Positions 9,965 through 19,866 are shown, numbered from the stretch's first letter. The stretch: DNA of 64,000 nt from Verrucomicrobiota bacterium (GCA_050012035.1 JBEKHY010000012.1:11110-75109), one strand, 5' to 3'. Numbers and translations: made by a program. The notes: a model not told the origin generated them from the letters alone.

Positions 9965-11608
9965 ATGAAAACCAAACGCAGCCTTAATCTCATCGCTGCC
10001 GCGCTCCTCGCTGCGGTGGCATTCACCACCACCACCGCCCGTGCCGCCGACCCGTTGCCCTCATGGAACGACGGCCCGGCCAAACAATCCATCATCAACT
10101 TCGTCGAGAAGGTGACGAAACCCGGCTCGCCCGATTTTGTGCCCGTCCCCGAACGCATCGCCGTGTATGACAACGACGGCACGCTCTGGAGCGAACAGCC
10201 GGCGCCGGTCCAGTTTTACTTCGTCGCCGATCGGGTGAAGGCGCTCGCCCCGCAGCATCCCGAGTGGAAGACGAAAGAACCGTTCGCCTCGCTGCTCAAG
10301 GGCGATGTGAAAAAGGCGCTCGAAGGCGGCGATCACGGGCTGATGGAACTTTTCATGGCCACGCATACGGGCATGACCACCGATGAGTTTGCGCAGCTCG
10401 TCAAGGACTGGATCGCCACCGCGAAACATCCGGAGACCGGCAAGCGCTTCATCGATATGACCTATCAGCCGATGCTCGAAGTGCTCGCGTATATGCGCGC
10501 GAACGGCTTCAAGAATTACATCGTCTCCGGTGGCGGCATCGAATTCATGCGCGTGTGGACGGAAGCGGTCTACGGCATCCCGCCGGAACAGGTCATCGGC
10601 AGCAGCATCAAGACGAAGTTTGAATTGCGCGACGGCAAGGCCGTGCTCGTGCGTCTGCCCGCGCTGAACTTCAACGACGACAAGGCCGACAAACCCGTGG
10701 GCATCAACCAGCACATTGGCCGCCGGCCCATCGCCGCATTCGGCAATTCCGTGGGCGACCAGCAGATGCTGGAATACGCGCAGAGCGGCAGCGGCGCGCG
10801 GTTTGAACTGCTCGTGCTGCACGATGATGCGAAGCGGGAATTTGCCTACGGCCCGGCGCGCGGACTTCCGGATGTGAAATACGGTTTCTTCACGCCCGCG
10901 TTGGAAGACCACGCGAAGAAGGACGGCTGGACCGTGGTCAGCATGAAGGACGATTGGAAGACCGTCTTCCCGTCCGAGATCATCGCCATCGACATTCTGC
11001 TGCAGCCGGACGCGACGATGCTCCAGCATGCCGCCGCCAACAACGCGCGTCTGCTCAAAGAATACTCGCAGGGCTTTGCCCTCGACGCAGCGCATACGCC
11101 GCACATTACGATGCTCCAGTGCTTCGTCCGCACGGCGGACCTGGAGAAGCTTTATGCCGCCGAAGAAAAGGTGCTCGCCGCGGCCAACGTCACCGCGATG
11201 CAGCTCGAAGCCTTTAAATATTATTATGCGCCAGGTGGCCCGGTGGGCGTAGCGGGCATCTGCGCGAAGCCCACGCCGGAAATCGTCAAGCTGCAGGCGG
11301 ACATCATTGCCGCCGCGAAACCTTTCCTCGTGGAACGCGGTCCCATCGGCGCCTTCACCGCGCCGCACGACAATCCCGCCCTGGACGCGGCCATCATTGA
11401 TTACGTTTCCACGTTTGATCCGAAGATGTCCCGCGCGAACTTCAATCCGCACGTCAGCACCGGCGTCGCCCCCACCGGCTACCTCGACCAGATGCTGGCC
11501 GAACCGTTTGAGAACTTCACTTTCTCGCCCGCTGGCGCGGCGGTTTACCAGCTCGGCCCGTTCGGCACGGCGGCGAAGAAGCTCAAGCAATTCGACCTGA
11601 AACCATGA
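9965..11608 (+). CDS. exported HAD-family hydrolase fused to a 2H-phosphoesterase-like domain
   Basis: ORF 9905..11608. I chose ATG 9965 (MKTKRSLNLIAAALLAAVAF is a signal peptide). HAD motif I is VYDNDGTLW. The C-terminal half has two H-x-T/S-x motifs (HTPHITML, NPHVSTGV). Confidence 0.7.
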   Translation: MKTKRSLNLIAAALLAAVAFTTTTARAADPLPSWNDGPAKQSIINFVEKVTKPGSPDFVPVPERIAVYDNDGTLWSEQPAPVQFYFVADRVKALAPQHPEWKTKEPFASLLKGDVKKALEGGDHGLMELFMATHTGMTTDEFAQLVKDWIATAKHPETGKRFIDMTYQPMLEVLAYMRANGFKNYIVSGGGIEFMRVWTEAVYGIPPEQVIGSSIKTKFELRDGKAVLVRLPALNFNDDKADKPVGINQHIGRRPIAAFGNSVGDQQMLEYAQSGSGARFELLVLHDDAKREFAYGPARGLPDVKYGFFTPALEDHAKKDGWTVVSMKDDWKTVFPSEIIAIDILLQPDATMLQHAAANNARLLKEYSQGFALDAAHTPHITMLQCFVRTADLEKLYAAEEKVLAAANVTAMQLEAFKYYYAPGGPVGVAGICAKPTPEIVKLQADIIAAAKPFLVERGPIGAFTAPHDNPALDAAIIDYVSTFDPKMSRANFNPHVSTGVAPTGYLDQMLAEPFENFTFSPAGAAVYQLGPFGTAAKKLKQFDLKP

Positions 11609-11636
11609 ACCGGTTAAGCAACCTGAGAATTCGATT

Positions 11637-11705
11637 GTGGAACACGCGGGCTGGTCCGTGCCGGACTGGCCATCGGCCCGGCCCGCGACTTCACCAGCGA
11701 AACAA
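11637..11705. repeat. REP-like element, copy 2
   Basis: GTGGAACACGCGGGCTGG...GGCCCGCGACTTCACCAGCGAAACAAA has the same termini as 9883-9936 and a longer central part. Confidence 0.8.
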
Positions 11706-11706
11706 A

Positions 11707-11727
11707 CATAACTGATAACTGATTATG
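11707..11727. repeat. heptad array containing a start codon
   Basis: CATAACT GATAACT GATTATG. The final ATG (11725-11727) is the start of the next CDS. Confidence 0.7.
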
Positions 11728-12168
11728 AAATGTCCCTCCTGCAAGAATCCGCTGCGCGAGAAAGGCGCGGGCGGCATGACCCTCGACGTTTGTTACGGCG
11801 GGTGCGGCGGCATCTGGTTTGATGCCACGGAACTGGAGCGCGTGAGCGCCAGTGCCGCCACCACGCTCCACACGATCTGGCAAGTCCCGGTCACCAACGT
11901 GAAGCTCACCGAGCCGCGCTGGTGCCCGCGCTGCCCCGAGCTGGTGCTCGAACGCAAATGGTTTTCGGAGTTGAAACAGGTCGAGATTGACCAATGTCCC
12001 AAATGCGGCGGCATCTGGCTGGACGCCGGAGAATTCACCCGCATCTACGACGAGATCAAGGGTGCGAAGGTGGCCCCGCCGCGCTGGGCCGCCGCCATGG
12101 CGGAAGCCGCCGCGCTCGTGGAAAAGAAGACGGGAGCAGCCGACAAACCCAAAACCCCCAATGTTTGA
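11725..12168 (+). CDS. zinc-ribbon protein (TFIIB-type zf, two copies)
   Basis: Two CPxC...GGCGGIWFD/CPKCGGIWLD modules, typical of zf-TFIIB (PF13453-like) proteins. Confidence 0.7.
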   Translation: MKCPSCKNPLREKGAGGMTLDVCYGGCGGIWFDATELERVSASAATTLHTIWQVPVTNVKLTEPRWCPRCPELVLERKWFSELKQVEIDQCPKCGGIWLDAGEFTRIYDEIKGAKVAPPRWAAAMAEAAALVEKKTGAADKPKTPNV

Positions 12169-12955
12169 ATCCCTCTTCGATCTTCCGTTGCTGATCACCG
12201 GCCCGGCGATTGTCGGGCTGCTGTGGCTGTTCGCCGTGGCCGGGTTGCTGCTGGTCCGCCGCCGCGTGCTGCCGCGCCTGCGCATTCAGGCGGCAGATTC
12301 GGAATTCAGCGGCGCCATGCTGCAGTCGGTGATGGTGTTCTATGGCCTGGCCGTGGCGCTGATCGCTATAAGCGTCTGGCAGACCTACTCGGATACCTCG
12401 AAGACCATTTCCGGCGAGGCCAGCGCACTGAACGCGCTTTACCGCGACGTGAGCAGTTATCCCGAACCGATCCGCCTGGACTTGCAGCAGGAACTTCGTG
12501 ACTACACGGATCAGGTCATCCATCAAGCGTGGCCATTGCAGCGGCGCGGACAAATTCCGATGGCCGGCATCGCGCACATGACCCGCTTCCAGGCGGTGCT
12601 GGACAAATTCGAGCCGGCCACCGAGGGCCAGAAACTTCTGCACGGAGAAACCCTCCGCGCCTATAACCTGATGATCCAGGCCCGCCGTCTGCGGCTGGAT
12701 GCGGTGAACACCGGCCTGCCGGGGGTGATGTGGGGCGTGATTGTGGTGGGCGCGTTCATCGGTCTAAGTGCCTCCTTCTTTTTCAAAGTGGAAGATGCGC
12801 GACTGCACGGAATCCAGGTGCTCCTCCTGGCGACGTTCATCGGTCTGGTCATTTTCATGATTTTCGCGCTGGACCAACCTTTTCGCGGCGACCTGGGACT
12901 GGGGCCGGAGCCGTATCAATTAATTTACGATCAGTTGATGAAAGTGAAGCAGTGA
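12161..12955 (+). CDS. membrane protein, DUF4239-like
   Basis: ORF 11987..12955. I chose ATG 12161, which overlaps the upstream stop by 8 nt (ATGTTTGA). It has N- and C-terminal TM helices flanking a soluble region. The family assignment is from memory. Confidence 0.6.
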   Translation: MFESLFDLPLLITGPAIVGLLWLFAVAGLLLVRRRVLPRLRIQAADSEFSGAMLQSVMVFYGLAVALIAISVWQTYSDTSKTISGEASALNALYRDVSSYPEPIRLDLQQELRDYTDQVIHQAWPLQRRGQIPMAGIAHMTRFQAVLDKFEPATEGQKLLHGETLRAYNLMIQARRLRLDAVNTGLPGVMWGVIVVGAFIGLSASFFFKVEDARLHGIQVLLLATFIGLVIFMIFALDQPFRGDLGLGPEPYQLIYDQLMKVKQ

Positions 12956-12986
12956 CAAGTGGCGAGTGGCAAGTGACAAGTGAACA
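12943..12986. repeat. heptad array (AGTGRCR) containing a stop codon
   Basis: AGTGAAGC AGTGACA AGTGGCG AGTGGCA AGTGACA AGTGAAC. TGA 12953-12955 terminates the DUF4239-like CDS. Confidence 0.85.
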
Positions 12987-13002
12987 GAAAGAAAGAAGCG
13001 CA

Positions 13003-14346
13003 ATGATGAAAACGAAACGGAAACCCGCCTTCGCGGCGCTACGGCGCGGCAGGCAAAACTTCGCAACAGCAGTGCTGATCTGCGGGCTGGCGGCGGGTTG
13101 GCTGTGCGCGCGGGCCGCTCAAGCGCAGTCGGAGGAATCTGAGCCGGCGCCGGCCCGCGGCGAATTCGAAGCCGCGCCGCTGCCGCCGCCGGACCAGCCG
13201 TTTTTCATTCCCGATGTGCCGCAGTCCGTCGTTGACCAAACGCAAGTCAAGTCTCGCTGGATCACGGTCAAATTCGGATTGGTGATGCTTGTGGATTACA
13301 ACGCGTTCCAACAGGACGCGAACAGCCTCGCTCAGGTGGGCAGACAGCCGGATGGGTGGGATGACCGCTCCGAGCGAGTGATGGTGCGCGGCACCACCGG
13401 ACAGGACTACAAGATCAGCTATCTCATCGCCGGCGAATACAAGGGTTTTGAGACCGAACCGGAGGATTTGTGGAATTTGACCGACCTCGCTTTTACTTTC
13501 CCGCTCGGCGGCCCGGCGACGAAGCTCACGGTGGGCAAGACCAAGGAGACGTTCGCCTACGAAATGGTGGGCGACGCGGCCAATCTACCGCAACAAGAGC
13601 GCGTGCTGACTCCCTTCTTCGTCTCGCGCAACGTTGGCGTGAAAGTGATTCACGTCTTCGGTGACGACCAGCGCATGACCCTTTCCGGCGGCGTCTTCAA
13701 CGATTGGTTTGTGACCGGCGATTCGCTTTCCGACAGCGGCACGGATGTCTCGGCGCGCTTCACGGGACTAGTGTGGGATAAGCGTGACGGCAAGAGCTTT
13801 CTGCACCTCGGCGTTTCCGGGCGTTACGCCGGCGCGGACAACAACACGCTGCGCTACGCCGGTCGGCCCGAATCCAACGTCACCGACAATTATGTGGACA
13901 CAGGCAATCTGACGGCGGACCACGCGTGGCATCTCGGCCTCGAAGCGTTGTGGAATGAAGGCCCGTTCTCGGTGCTCGCCGAATACAACCGTGCCTGGGT
14001 GAGTTCTGCCGCGTCGGGCAACCCGCAGTTTTACGGCTATTACATCACGGGCAGTTGGATTCTCACCGGCGAAACGCGGCCTTACGACCGCACCGTCGGC
14101 TACGCGCGCCGCGTCATGCCGGCGGGTCGCTGGGGCGCACCCGAACTCGTCGCGCGATTTTCGAATGTAAACCTCGACGACGGCGCGGTGCAGGGCGGCA
14201 AGTTCAACAAGACCTATCTCGGCATCAACTGGTGGGCGACGCGGCGCTGGAAAGTCGGGTTCGGCTGGGGACACACCTGGCTGGATCGTTTCGGCACGAC
14301 CGGCGTGACGGACAGTTTTCAAACGCGCATCCAATGGATTTATTGA
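13003..14346 (+). CDS. anion-selective porin (phosphate-selective porin O/P-like)
   Basis: ORF 12730..14346. I chose ATG 13003 (MMKTKRKPAF...ARAAQA is a signal peptide). Alternating beta-strand pattern with a C-terminal aromatic residue (IQWIY). Confidence 0.6.
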   Translation: MMKTKRKPAFAALRRGRQNFATAVLICGLAAGWLCARAAQAQSEESEPAPARGEFEAAPLPPPDQPFFIPDVPQSVVDQTQVKSRWITVKFGLVMLVDYNAFQQDANSLAQVGRQPDGWDDRSERVMVRGTTGQDYKISYLIAGEYKGFETEPEDLWNLTDLAFTFPLGGPATKLTVGKTKETFAYEMVGDAANLPQQERVLTPFFVSRNVGVKVIHVFGDDQRMTLSGGVFNDWFVTGDSLSDSGTDVSARFTGLVWDKRDGKSFLHLGVSGRYAGADNNTLRYAGRPESNVTDNYVDTGNLTADHAWHLGLEALWNEGPFSVLAEYNRAWVSSAASGNPQFYGYYITGSWILTGETRPYDRTVGYARRVMPAGRWGAPELVARFSNVNLDDGAVQGGKFNKTYLGINWWATRRWKVGFGWGHTWLDRFGTTGVTDSFQTRIQWIY

Positions 14347-14392
14347 CACATCCGGGAATGAACATGAAACCGACGATAAAAATCGAGACACG

Positions 14393-15091
14393 ATGAAACG
14401 CATTATCCAGTTTTTGCGGACGACGCTCGTGGGCGGCCTTCTGTTTCTGGTGCCGATCGTCGTGTTGGTCATCGTCCTCGGCAAAGCGCTGGTCCTCGCG
14501 CGCAAAATCGTGGATCCGCTGGCGGAGCACCTTCCCGTCCATTCGATCATCGGTTTGCAGACGCCACTGTTTCTGGCCATCGGCGGGATCGTGTTGCTCT
14601 GTTTTCTCGCCGGGTTCTTTGCGCGGACGGTGCTCGCCCGGAAGATCGTCAACCGGTTGGAGGAGTCGGTGCTTTCGAACGTGCCCGGCTACGAGTTCCT
14701 CAAGCGCATGAGTGGGAGCACGCTGGGCGTCGAGCAGGATGGAGCTTATCCGGTCGTGCTCGCGCATTTCGACGACGCCTCGCAAATCGGATTCCGGATC
14801 GAAGTGCTGGAGAACGGCTTCGTCGTGGTGTTTGTCCCCGGTGTGCCCAATGCAAGCGCCGGTGACGTTTATTTAATGAACCCTGACCGGGTCACGCCGC
14901 TCGAAGTCCCGCCAGCCCGGGCGCTGAAATGTCTGAAACGTCTTGGTGCAGGCTCAAACGCGCTGTTGCGCGGTTTTTCCATCGCGGCGGCTCCCGTGAA
15001 CAGACCGGGAACCAATGATCCGATTCAACCCATGAACGACGGCAAACATCCGCTCATTCATTTCAAAGGCGCACGAATTGTTTCAGCCTGA
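14393..15091 (+). CDS. DUF502-family membrane protein
   Basis: MKRIIQFLRTTLVGGLLFLVPIVVLVIVLGKAL is the characteristic DUF502 N-terminus. Two TM helices. Confidence 0.65.
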   Translation: MKRIIQFLRTTLVGGLLFLVPIVVLVIVLGKALVLARKIVDPLAEHLPVHSIIGLQTPLFLAIGGIVLLCFLAGFFARTVLARKIVNRLEESVLSNVPGYEFLKRMSGSTLGVEQDGAYPVVLAHFDDASQIGFRIEVLENGFVVVFVPGVPNASAGDVYLMNPDRVTPLEVPPARALKCLKRLGAGSNALLRGFSIAAAPVNRPGTNDPIQPMNDGKHPLIHFKGARIVSA

Positions 15092-15104
15092 GAAAGCCAC
15101 TCGC

Positions 15105-16283
15105 ATGAAGAAAAAAACAATTTTCCAAAACACACTGCCCGCTTCGGTTGCGGGTATCATTGGGTTCGTGACGCTCTGGTCGTCTCCCGCCATGGGTGCC
15201 ACCAACGCCGTCGCGGTTGCCGGCCAGACGATCGCCGCCGAGGCGTCTGTTTCACCTTTCGCGCCCACGATCCCCAACCAGTCGCCCGCGCCTTCGAACG
15301 CGCCGGCAGGGATGGTGTGGATTCCCGGCGGTGAATTTTCGATGGGTTGCATGGCGCCGTCCGAAGGTTACTGCACCGTGGCCACGATGAATGCCGTGAA
15401 CGACGCGCAGCCCGTCCACCGGGTTTATGTGGACGGTTTCTGGATGGACACGAACGATGTGACCAACGAGAAGTTTGAAAAATTCGTCAAGGCCACCGGC
15501 TACAAGACGATCGCGGAGATCGCGCCGACGAGGGAGCAGTTTCCCACCGCGCCGCCGGAAAATCTCGTGGCCGGTTCCACGGTCTTCACGCCCACGACCA
15601 ACGCGGTACCGTTGGATGATTATTTTCAATGGTGGCGTTATGTGCATGGCGCCAACTGGCGTCATCCCACCGGGCCGGACAGCGACTTGAAGGGCCGGGA
15701 AAAATATCCGGTGGTGCAGATTGCCTACGAAGACGCCGCGGCTTACGCGAAGTGGGCGGGCAAACGGCTGCCTACCGAGGCGGAATGGGAATTCGCTGCG
15801 CGCGGAGGGTTGAGCGGCAAATCTTATGCCTGGGGCGATGAGTTCAAGCCCGGTGGCAAATGGATGGCGAACATTTATGAAGGCCAATTTCCGGTGAAGG
15901 ACACGGGTGAAGATGGTTTTGCGGGACTCGCGCCAGTCGGGCAATTCCCGCCAAATGGCTACGGACTTTTCGACATGGCGGGCAACGTCTGGCAATGGTG
16001 CAGCGACTGGTATCGGCCCGACTATTATGCGCGGCTCAAGCTCGCGGGCATCGTCCTGGTGCGTAATCCACAAGGCCCGGCCTCCAGCTACACTCCCGGC
16101 GATGACCAGCCCCAGCGGGTGCAACGCGGCGGCTCATTCCTCTGCACGGACCAGTATTGCACCCGTTACATGATGGGGACGCGTGGCAAAGGGGATGTTG
16201 ACACCGGCAGCAATCACCTCGGCTTTCGCTGCGTCGAAACGGTTGAGGCGGAGGCAACGGGAAAGGAGAGCCCGGCACGATGA
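15105..16283 (+). CDS. formylglycine-generating enzyme (FGE/SUMF1 family)
   Basis: Signal peptide, then GMVWIPGGEFSMG, NVWQWCSDWY and RGGSFLC motifs typical of FGE-sulfatase domain proteins. Confidence 0.9.
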   Translation: MKKKTIFQNTLPASVAGIIGFVTLWSSPAMGATNAVAVAGQTIAAEASVSPFAPTIPNQSPAPSNAPAGMVWIPGGEFSMGCMAPSEGYCTVATMNAVNDAQPVHRVYVDGFWMDTNDVTNEKFEKFVKATGYKTIAEIAPTREQFPTAPPENLVAGSTVFTPTTNAVPLDDYFQWWRYVHGANWRHPTGPDSDLKGREKYPVVQIAYEDAAAYAKWAGKRLPTEAEWEFAARGGLSGKSYAWGDEFKPGGKWMANIYEGQFPVKDTGEDGFAGLAPVGQFPPNGYGLFDMAGNVWQWCSDWYRPDYYARLKLAGIVLVRNPQGPASSYTPGDDQPQRVQRGGSFLCTDQYCTRYMMGTRGKGDVDTGSNHLGFRCVETVEAEATGKESPAR

Positions 16284-17572
16284 AAACCGCCTTCGATCAC
16301 CCGGTGGACAAATACGACGCGCCCTTGCTGCTCGGAAATCAGGCCCGGCGGCGATTCCACGTCATGGTCAAGCCGGGCAGTTCCACCTGCAACCTCGATT
16401 GCGACTACTGTTTTTACCTGAGCAAGGCCACACTACCGGGCGCGTCCGGCACCGGCCGGATGTCCGATGAGGTGCTGGAGCGGTTCATCCAGCAATACAT
16501 CGCGGGTGTGACCGGGCCGGAGGTGGTCTTTTCCTGGCAGGGTGGCGAGCCGACATTGATGGGTCTGGATTTCTTCCGCAAGGTCGTCGCGCTCGAAAAG
16601 AAATACGCCAAGCCCGGCCAGAAAATCGAAAATGATTTGCAGACCAACGGGACGTTGATCACCGAGGAATGGTGCGAGTTTCTGAAGGAGAACCGTTTCC
16701 TGGTCGGCTTGAGCATTGACGGTCCCAGGGAGATTCACAACCGGTATCGCGTCACCAAAGGCCGGAAGCCCACGTTCGAAAAAGTGTTCAACACCGCGAA
16801 GCTGTTCAGAAATTTTGGAGTTCCCTTCAATACGCTGACGTGCGTCAACCGGTTCAATGCCCGGCGACCGCTGGACGTTTACCGCTTTCTCCGGCGCGAA
16901 CTGGATTCCACTTACATGCAGTTCATCCCGATTGTCGAATACAAGGGCTTCGAGAAAACCGCGCCGCACAAGTGGGACAACAACGCCCTGCCCAAAGATG
17001 GCGACCCCGAAGCCCGGCCCGGCCATCCGAATTCCATCGTGACCGACTGGTCGGTGGACCCGGAAGACTGGGGTTATTTCCTGTGCAAGGTCTTTGATGA
17101 ATGGCGCAAAAATGATGTCGGCAAGGTTCTGGTCAATCATTTCGAGACGCTGGTGTCACAGCACATGGGGTTGGGCTCGCAGATTTGCATTTACGGCGAG
17201 TTTTGCGGCAAAGGCGTGGCGGTGGAACATGACGGCAGCGTCTATTCCTGCGATCACTATGTGTATCCGGAGTATCGCCTGGCCAACATCAAAGATAAGG
17301 CGCTCGACACCCAGGTATTTTCCCGGACGCAGGTGAAATTTGGTTACGCCAAGAATGAAACCCTGCCGCAGTATTGCCGTCAGTGCCCGTATCTCACGGA
17401 TTGCTGGGGCGAATGCCCGAAGAACCGGATCATCCGCACGCCCGACGGCGAGCCGGGTCTGAACTACCTTTGCCGCGGCTTCAAGCAATACTTCGCGCAC
17501 GCCATTCCCGAAGTGGAGCGCATCGTCGCGGACTTGCGGAAGCAACCCCTTCAACCCCGGAAACGGATGTGA
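16280..17572 (+). CDS. anaerobic sulfatase-maturating enzyme (radical SAM, SPASM)
   Basis: CNLDCDYC radical-SAM cluster motif plus C-terminal Cys clusters (CIYGEFCG...CDHY...CRQCPYLTDCWGECP). The start overlaps the FGE stop (ATGA). Confidence 0.9.
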   Translation: MKTAFDHPVDKYDAPLLLGNQARRRFHVMVKPGSSTCNLDCDYCFYLSKATLPGASGTGRMSDEVLERFIQQYIAGVTGPEVVFSWQGGEPTLMGLDFFRKVVALEKKYAKPGQKIENDLQTNGTLITEEWCEFLKENRFLVGLSIDGPREIHNRYRVTKGRKPTFEKVFNTAKLFRNFGVPFNTLTCVNRFNARRPLDVYRFLRRELDSTYMQFIPIVEYKGFEKTAPHKWDNNALPKDGDPEARPGHPNSIVTDWSVDPEDWGYFLCKVFDEWRKNDVGKVLVNHFETLVSQHMGLGSQICIYGEFCGKGVAVEHDGSVYSCDHYVYPEYRLANIKDKALDTQVFSRTQVKFGYAKNETLPQYCRQCPYLTDCWGECPKNRIIRTPDGEPGLNYLCRGFKQYFAHAIPEVERIVADLRKQPLQPRKRM

Positions 17573-17595
17573 CCTGTGCCTGTTTTTTTGAACCA

Positions 17596-18609
17596 ATGAA
17601 AGCCGCCACCATCAAACGTATTAATTGCTCTAATCACCCAGCCACGTTGCGCCGGGTCGTGAATGGCGTGGTGCTGATTGGCGCGGCAGCCCCGGCTTTC
17701 GCCCAATTGCCCGTTGTGCCTCCCGCCGCCGTTGAACAATTCCAGCACGTCATCGGCAGCCGGGTGGAGGCGGTGACGATCCTCGGCGGTGATTATGGAG
17801 CGGCGGGCGGAATTTACACCTTCCGCGGCGGCGAAGTCGCCAACTTGAGCGTCACCAAGGTCGGCGGTGGCGGAATCGTTGCGGAGCCGCGTCCCTTGGG
17901 TGAAAGCGGCTTGAGATGGGCGCCCGTGCTGCAAGGCAACCTCGGCCACATTTCGGCGCAGAACGAATTCGCGACGGGCTACCTGCAAGGCAACAAGTCG
18001 GTGTATGACGTGCTGGCCGTGCAGGGGGGCGGCGGCGCGCGTTTCTTTTTCACGGATAATTTCAGCCTCGCGCCCACGGTCAGCGGCATCTACGGCCACA
18101 CCGAAAACGAGTTCAAGCCGCAGAACGCCGTCGGCGACTACGTCAAGTCGGTCGCCAGCGGGACCTACGTGGACTGGAATTTGGACACCTGGTCGGTGCA
18201 GCCGTCGCTGGATTTAAATTATGATTTTCAATGGCGGCGGATAACCTTCGAGTTCGGGTCGCGCTACAATTTTTTTCACACGGAAAGTTTCAACAGCTCG
18301 TCGTCCGTGGTCGGCGTGAACGGCGACTCGCACACCTGGGAGAACAAGCTGGACGTGGACGTGCCGCTGGGCTGGAAGCTGTTTGACCGGGAACTGCACA
18401 CGGGCGGCTTCTTTTCGCGCACGGAACTGTTTGGAAACGCCGCCGAGGGCCTCAACGAAAACCACATTTATACGGTGAACGGACGCTTCGTCCTGGATGT
18501 GCTGGGCAAAGTCTGGAAGGTCCGCTGGCTCGGCGTCGGCTACTCCTATTTTTGGGGCGACCACTTCGGCGGCTGGTCCGCCGGCCTGGATATGCGGTTC
18601 AAATTCTGA
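17596..18609 (+). CDS. outer-membrane beta-barrel protein, unknown function
   Basis: ORF 17374..18609. I chose ATG 17596. Signal peptide ending AFAQ, and a C-terminal ...DMRFKF (terminal Phe, OMP-like). Confidence 0.5.
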   Translation: MKAATIKRINCSNHPATLRRVVNGVVLIGAAAPAFAQLPVVPPAAVEQFQHVIGSRVEAVTILGGDYGAAGGIYTFRGGEVANLSVTKVGGGGIVAEPRPLGESGLRWAPVLQGNLGHISAQNEFATGYLQGNKSVYDVLAVQGGGGARFFFTDNFSLAPTVSGIYGHTENEFKPQNAVGDYVKSVASGTYVDWNLDTWSVQPSLDLNYDFQWRRITFEFGSRYNFFHTESFNSSSSVVGVNGDSHTWENKLDVDVPLGWKLFDRELHTGGFFSRTELFGNAAEGLNENHIYTVNGRFVLDVLGKVWKVRWLGVGYSYFWGDHFGGWSAGLDMRFKF

Positions 18610-18670
18610 CCGGTGAAACGCCCGAAAGCATGAAACACCAAATAAACCTCAAAACCAAAGGCAGAATTCT

Positions 18671-19030
18671 ATGAGCATTGAGATCGTTGAAGTATCTGAT
18701 GGTGTCCTGACCTTCAAGGTCACGGGCCGGCTGAACCAGGCTGAATTCGCCGCTGCCCAGAAGCGGGCGGGCGAGATCATCCGGCAGCAGGGAAAAGTCC
18801 GGTTCCTCGTGCTGGTCGAAAACTTCGCCGGCACGGAGAAGGCGGGCGACTGGGGCGATGTCTCGTTCCAGGCCGACTACGATCCGTTCATCGAAAAGAT
18901 CGCCATCGTGGGCGACAAGCAATGGGAGGACGTGGCGCTGCTGTTCACCAGCAAAGGCATCCGGCGCGTCGCGATCGAATACTTTCAACCCGCGGACCTG
19001 GTGAAAGCCAAAGCGTGGCTGGCCGCTTGA
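18671..19030 (+). CDS. STAS/SpoIIAA-like protein (DUF3478-like)
   Basis: 119 aa. The FLVLVENFAGTEKAGDWGDV...EKIAIVGDKQWE pattern is that of SpoIIAA-like DUF3478 proteins. Confidence 0.55.
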   Translation: MSIEIVEVSDGVLTFKVTGRLNQAEFAAAQKRAGEIIRQQGKVRFLVLVENFAGTEKAGDWGDVSFQADYDPFIEKIAIVGDKQWEDVALLFTSKGIRRVAIEYFQPADLVKAKAWLAA

Positions 19031-19086
19031 AAACTCGTTTAGAAACCATCATCAAACCAAACACAAACACAACCAAAAATCCTGCC

Positions 19087-19641
19087 ATGAAATACTCATT
19101 CTTCGTCACGCTCAATCTGGCCGCACTCCTCGTCGCCGGTTGCAGTTCCACGCCCACCAGGGTGGACACCGGCCCGATCCGCGCCGCCAGCTACAACTTT
19201 ATTTCCCCGCCTCCCAGCACCACTCCGGCTTTTGCCGATGGCCGGGAACAGATTCACGCGATGATCCAGGATTCCATCAGCCGGAATCTTGCGGGCAAAG
19301 GCCTGAGCAAAGTGGCCTCCGGCGGCGACGTGATCGTGGCGTATCTTGTGATCGTCGGCAACAATGCCAGCACCACGGCCATCAATACTTACTTTGGTTA
19401 TGACCGTGACGCCGCCGAACTGCACGACAAGGCGCAAGATGCCTATACCAGCAGCAAGAACCCAAATTACTTCGAGGCGGGCACGCTGCTGGTGGACATC
19501 ATTGATGCGAAGACTTACAAACTGCTCAAACGGTCTTACGTCGTGCGGCCTTTGCTGCGCAACCCCTCCGCGGATGTTCGGGCGGAGCGGATACAGGAGG
19601 CCGTGGATGCAGTGCTCAAGGACGTGCGCATCGCCCGTTGA
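19087..19641 (+). CDS. lipoprotein, DUF4136-like
   Basis: ORF 18922..19641. I chose ATG 19087. Lipobox LLVAGCSS. Confidence 0.55.
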   Translation: MKYSFFVTLNLAALLVAGCSSTPTRVDTGPIRAASYNFISPPPSTTPAFADGREQIHAMIQDSISRNLAGKGLSKVASGGDVIVAYLVIVGNNASTTAINTYFGYDRDAAELHDKAQDAYTSSKNPNYFEAGTLLVDIIDAKTYKLLKRSYVVRPLLRNPSADVRAERIQEAVDAVLKDVRIAR

Positions 19642-19665
19642 AACAAAATCAAAAAGAATCCCAAA

Positions 19666-19866
19666 ATGAACAATCTACGCGAGGTCATTGACAAGGTCAC
19701 TTCGGGCAATGCCCCTGTCTGGGTGATGGGCGGAGCAGGCATCATCCTGTTCCTGCTCGCGCTGAAGACAGCCAAAGGCTTTTTGAAATTCGTTTTCGTC
19801 GTGCTCGCCCTGGCCGCGCTGGCCGGAGCAGGTTGGTGGTATTTTCACAAACAAGGCAGAATATGA
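19666..19866 (+). CDS. small membrane protein (66 aa, two TM helices)
   Basis: GAGIILFLLALKTA and VFVVLALAALAGAGWWYF are hydrophobic helices. The stop overlaps the next start (ATATGA). Confidence 0.4.
   Translation: MNNLREVIDKVTSGNAPVWVMGGAGIILFLLALKTAKGFLKFVFVVLALAALAGAGWWYFHKQGRI

Noticed and set aside
10061-11590. Long antisense or out-of-frame ORFs in the track. Examples are 686..1213-, 1234..2022-, 4337..5293-, 8280..9044-, 10061..11590-, 22812..24209-, 24453..25505-, 25708..26781-, 27191..28039+, 30240..32276-, 33714..35006+, 35240..36655+, 48725..49315+, 56923..58368+ and 60722..61627-.
   Set aside because: These are shadow ORFs typical of roughly 60% GC DNA. Their Arg/Pro/Gly/Ala-rich translations have no motifs, and each overlaps a strongly supported gene on the other strand or in another frame.
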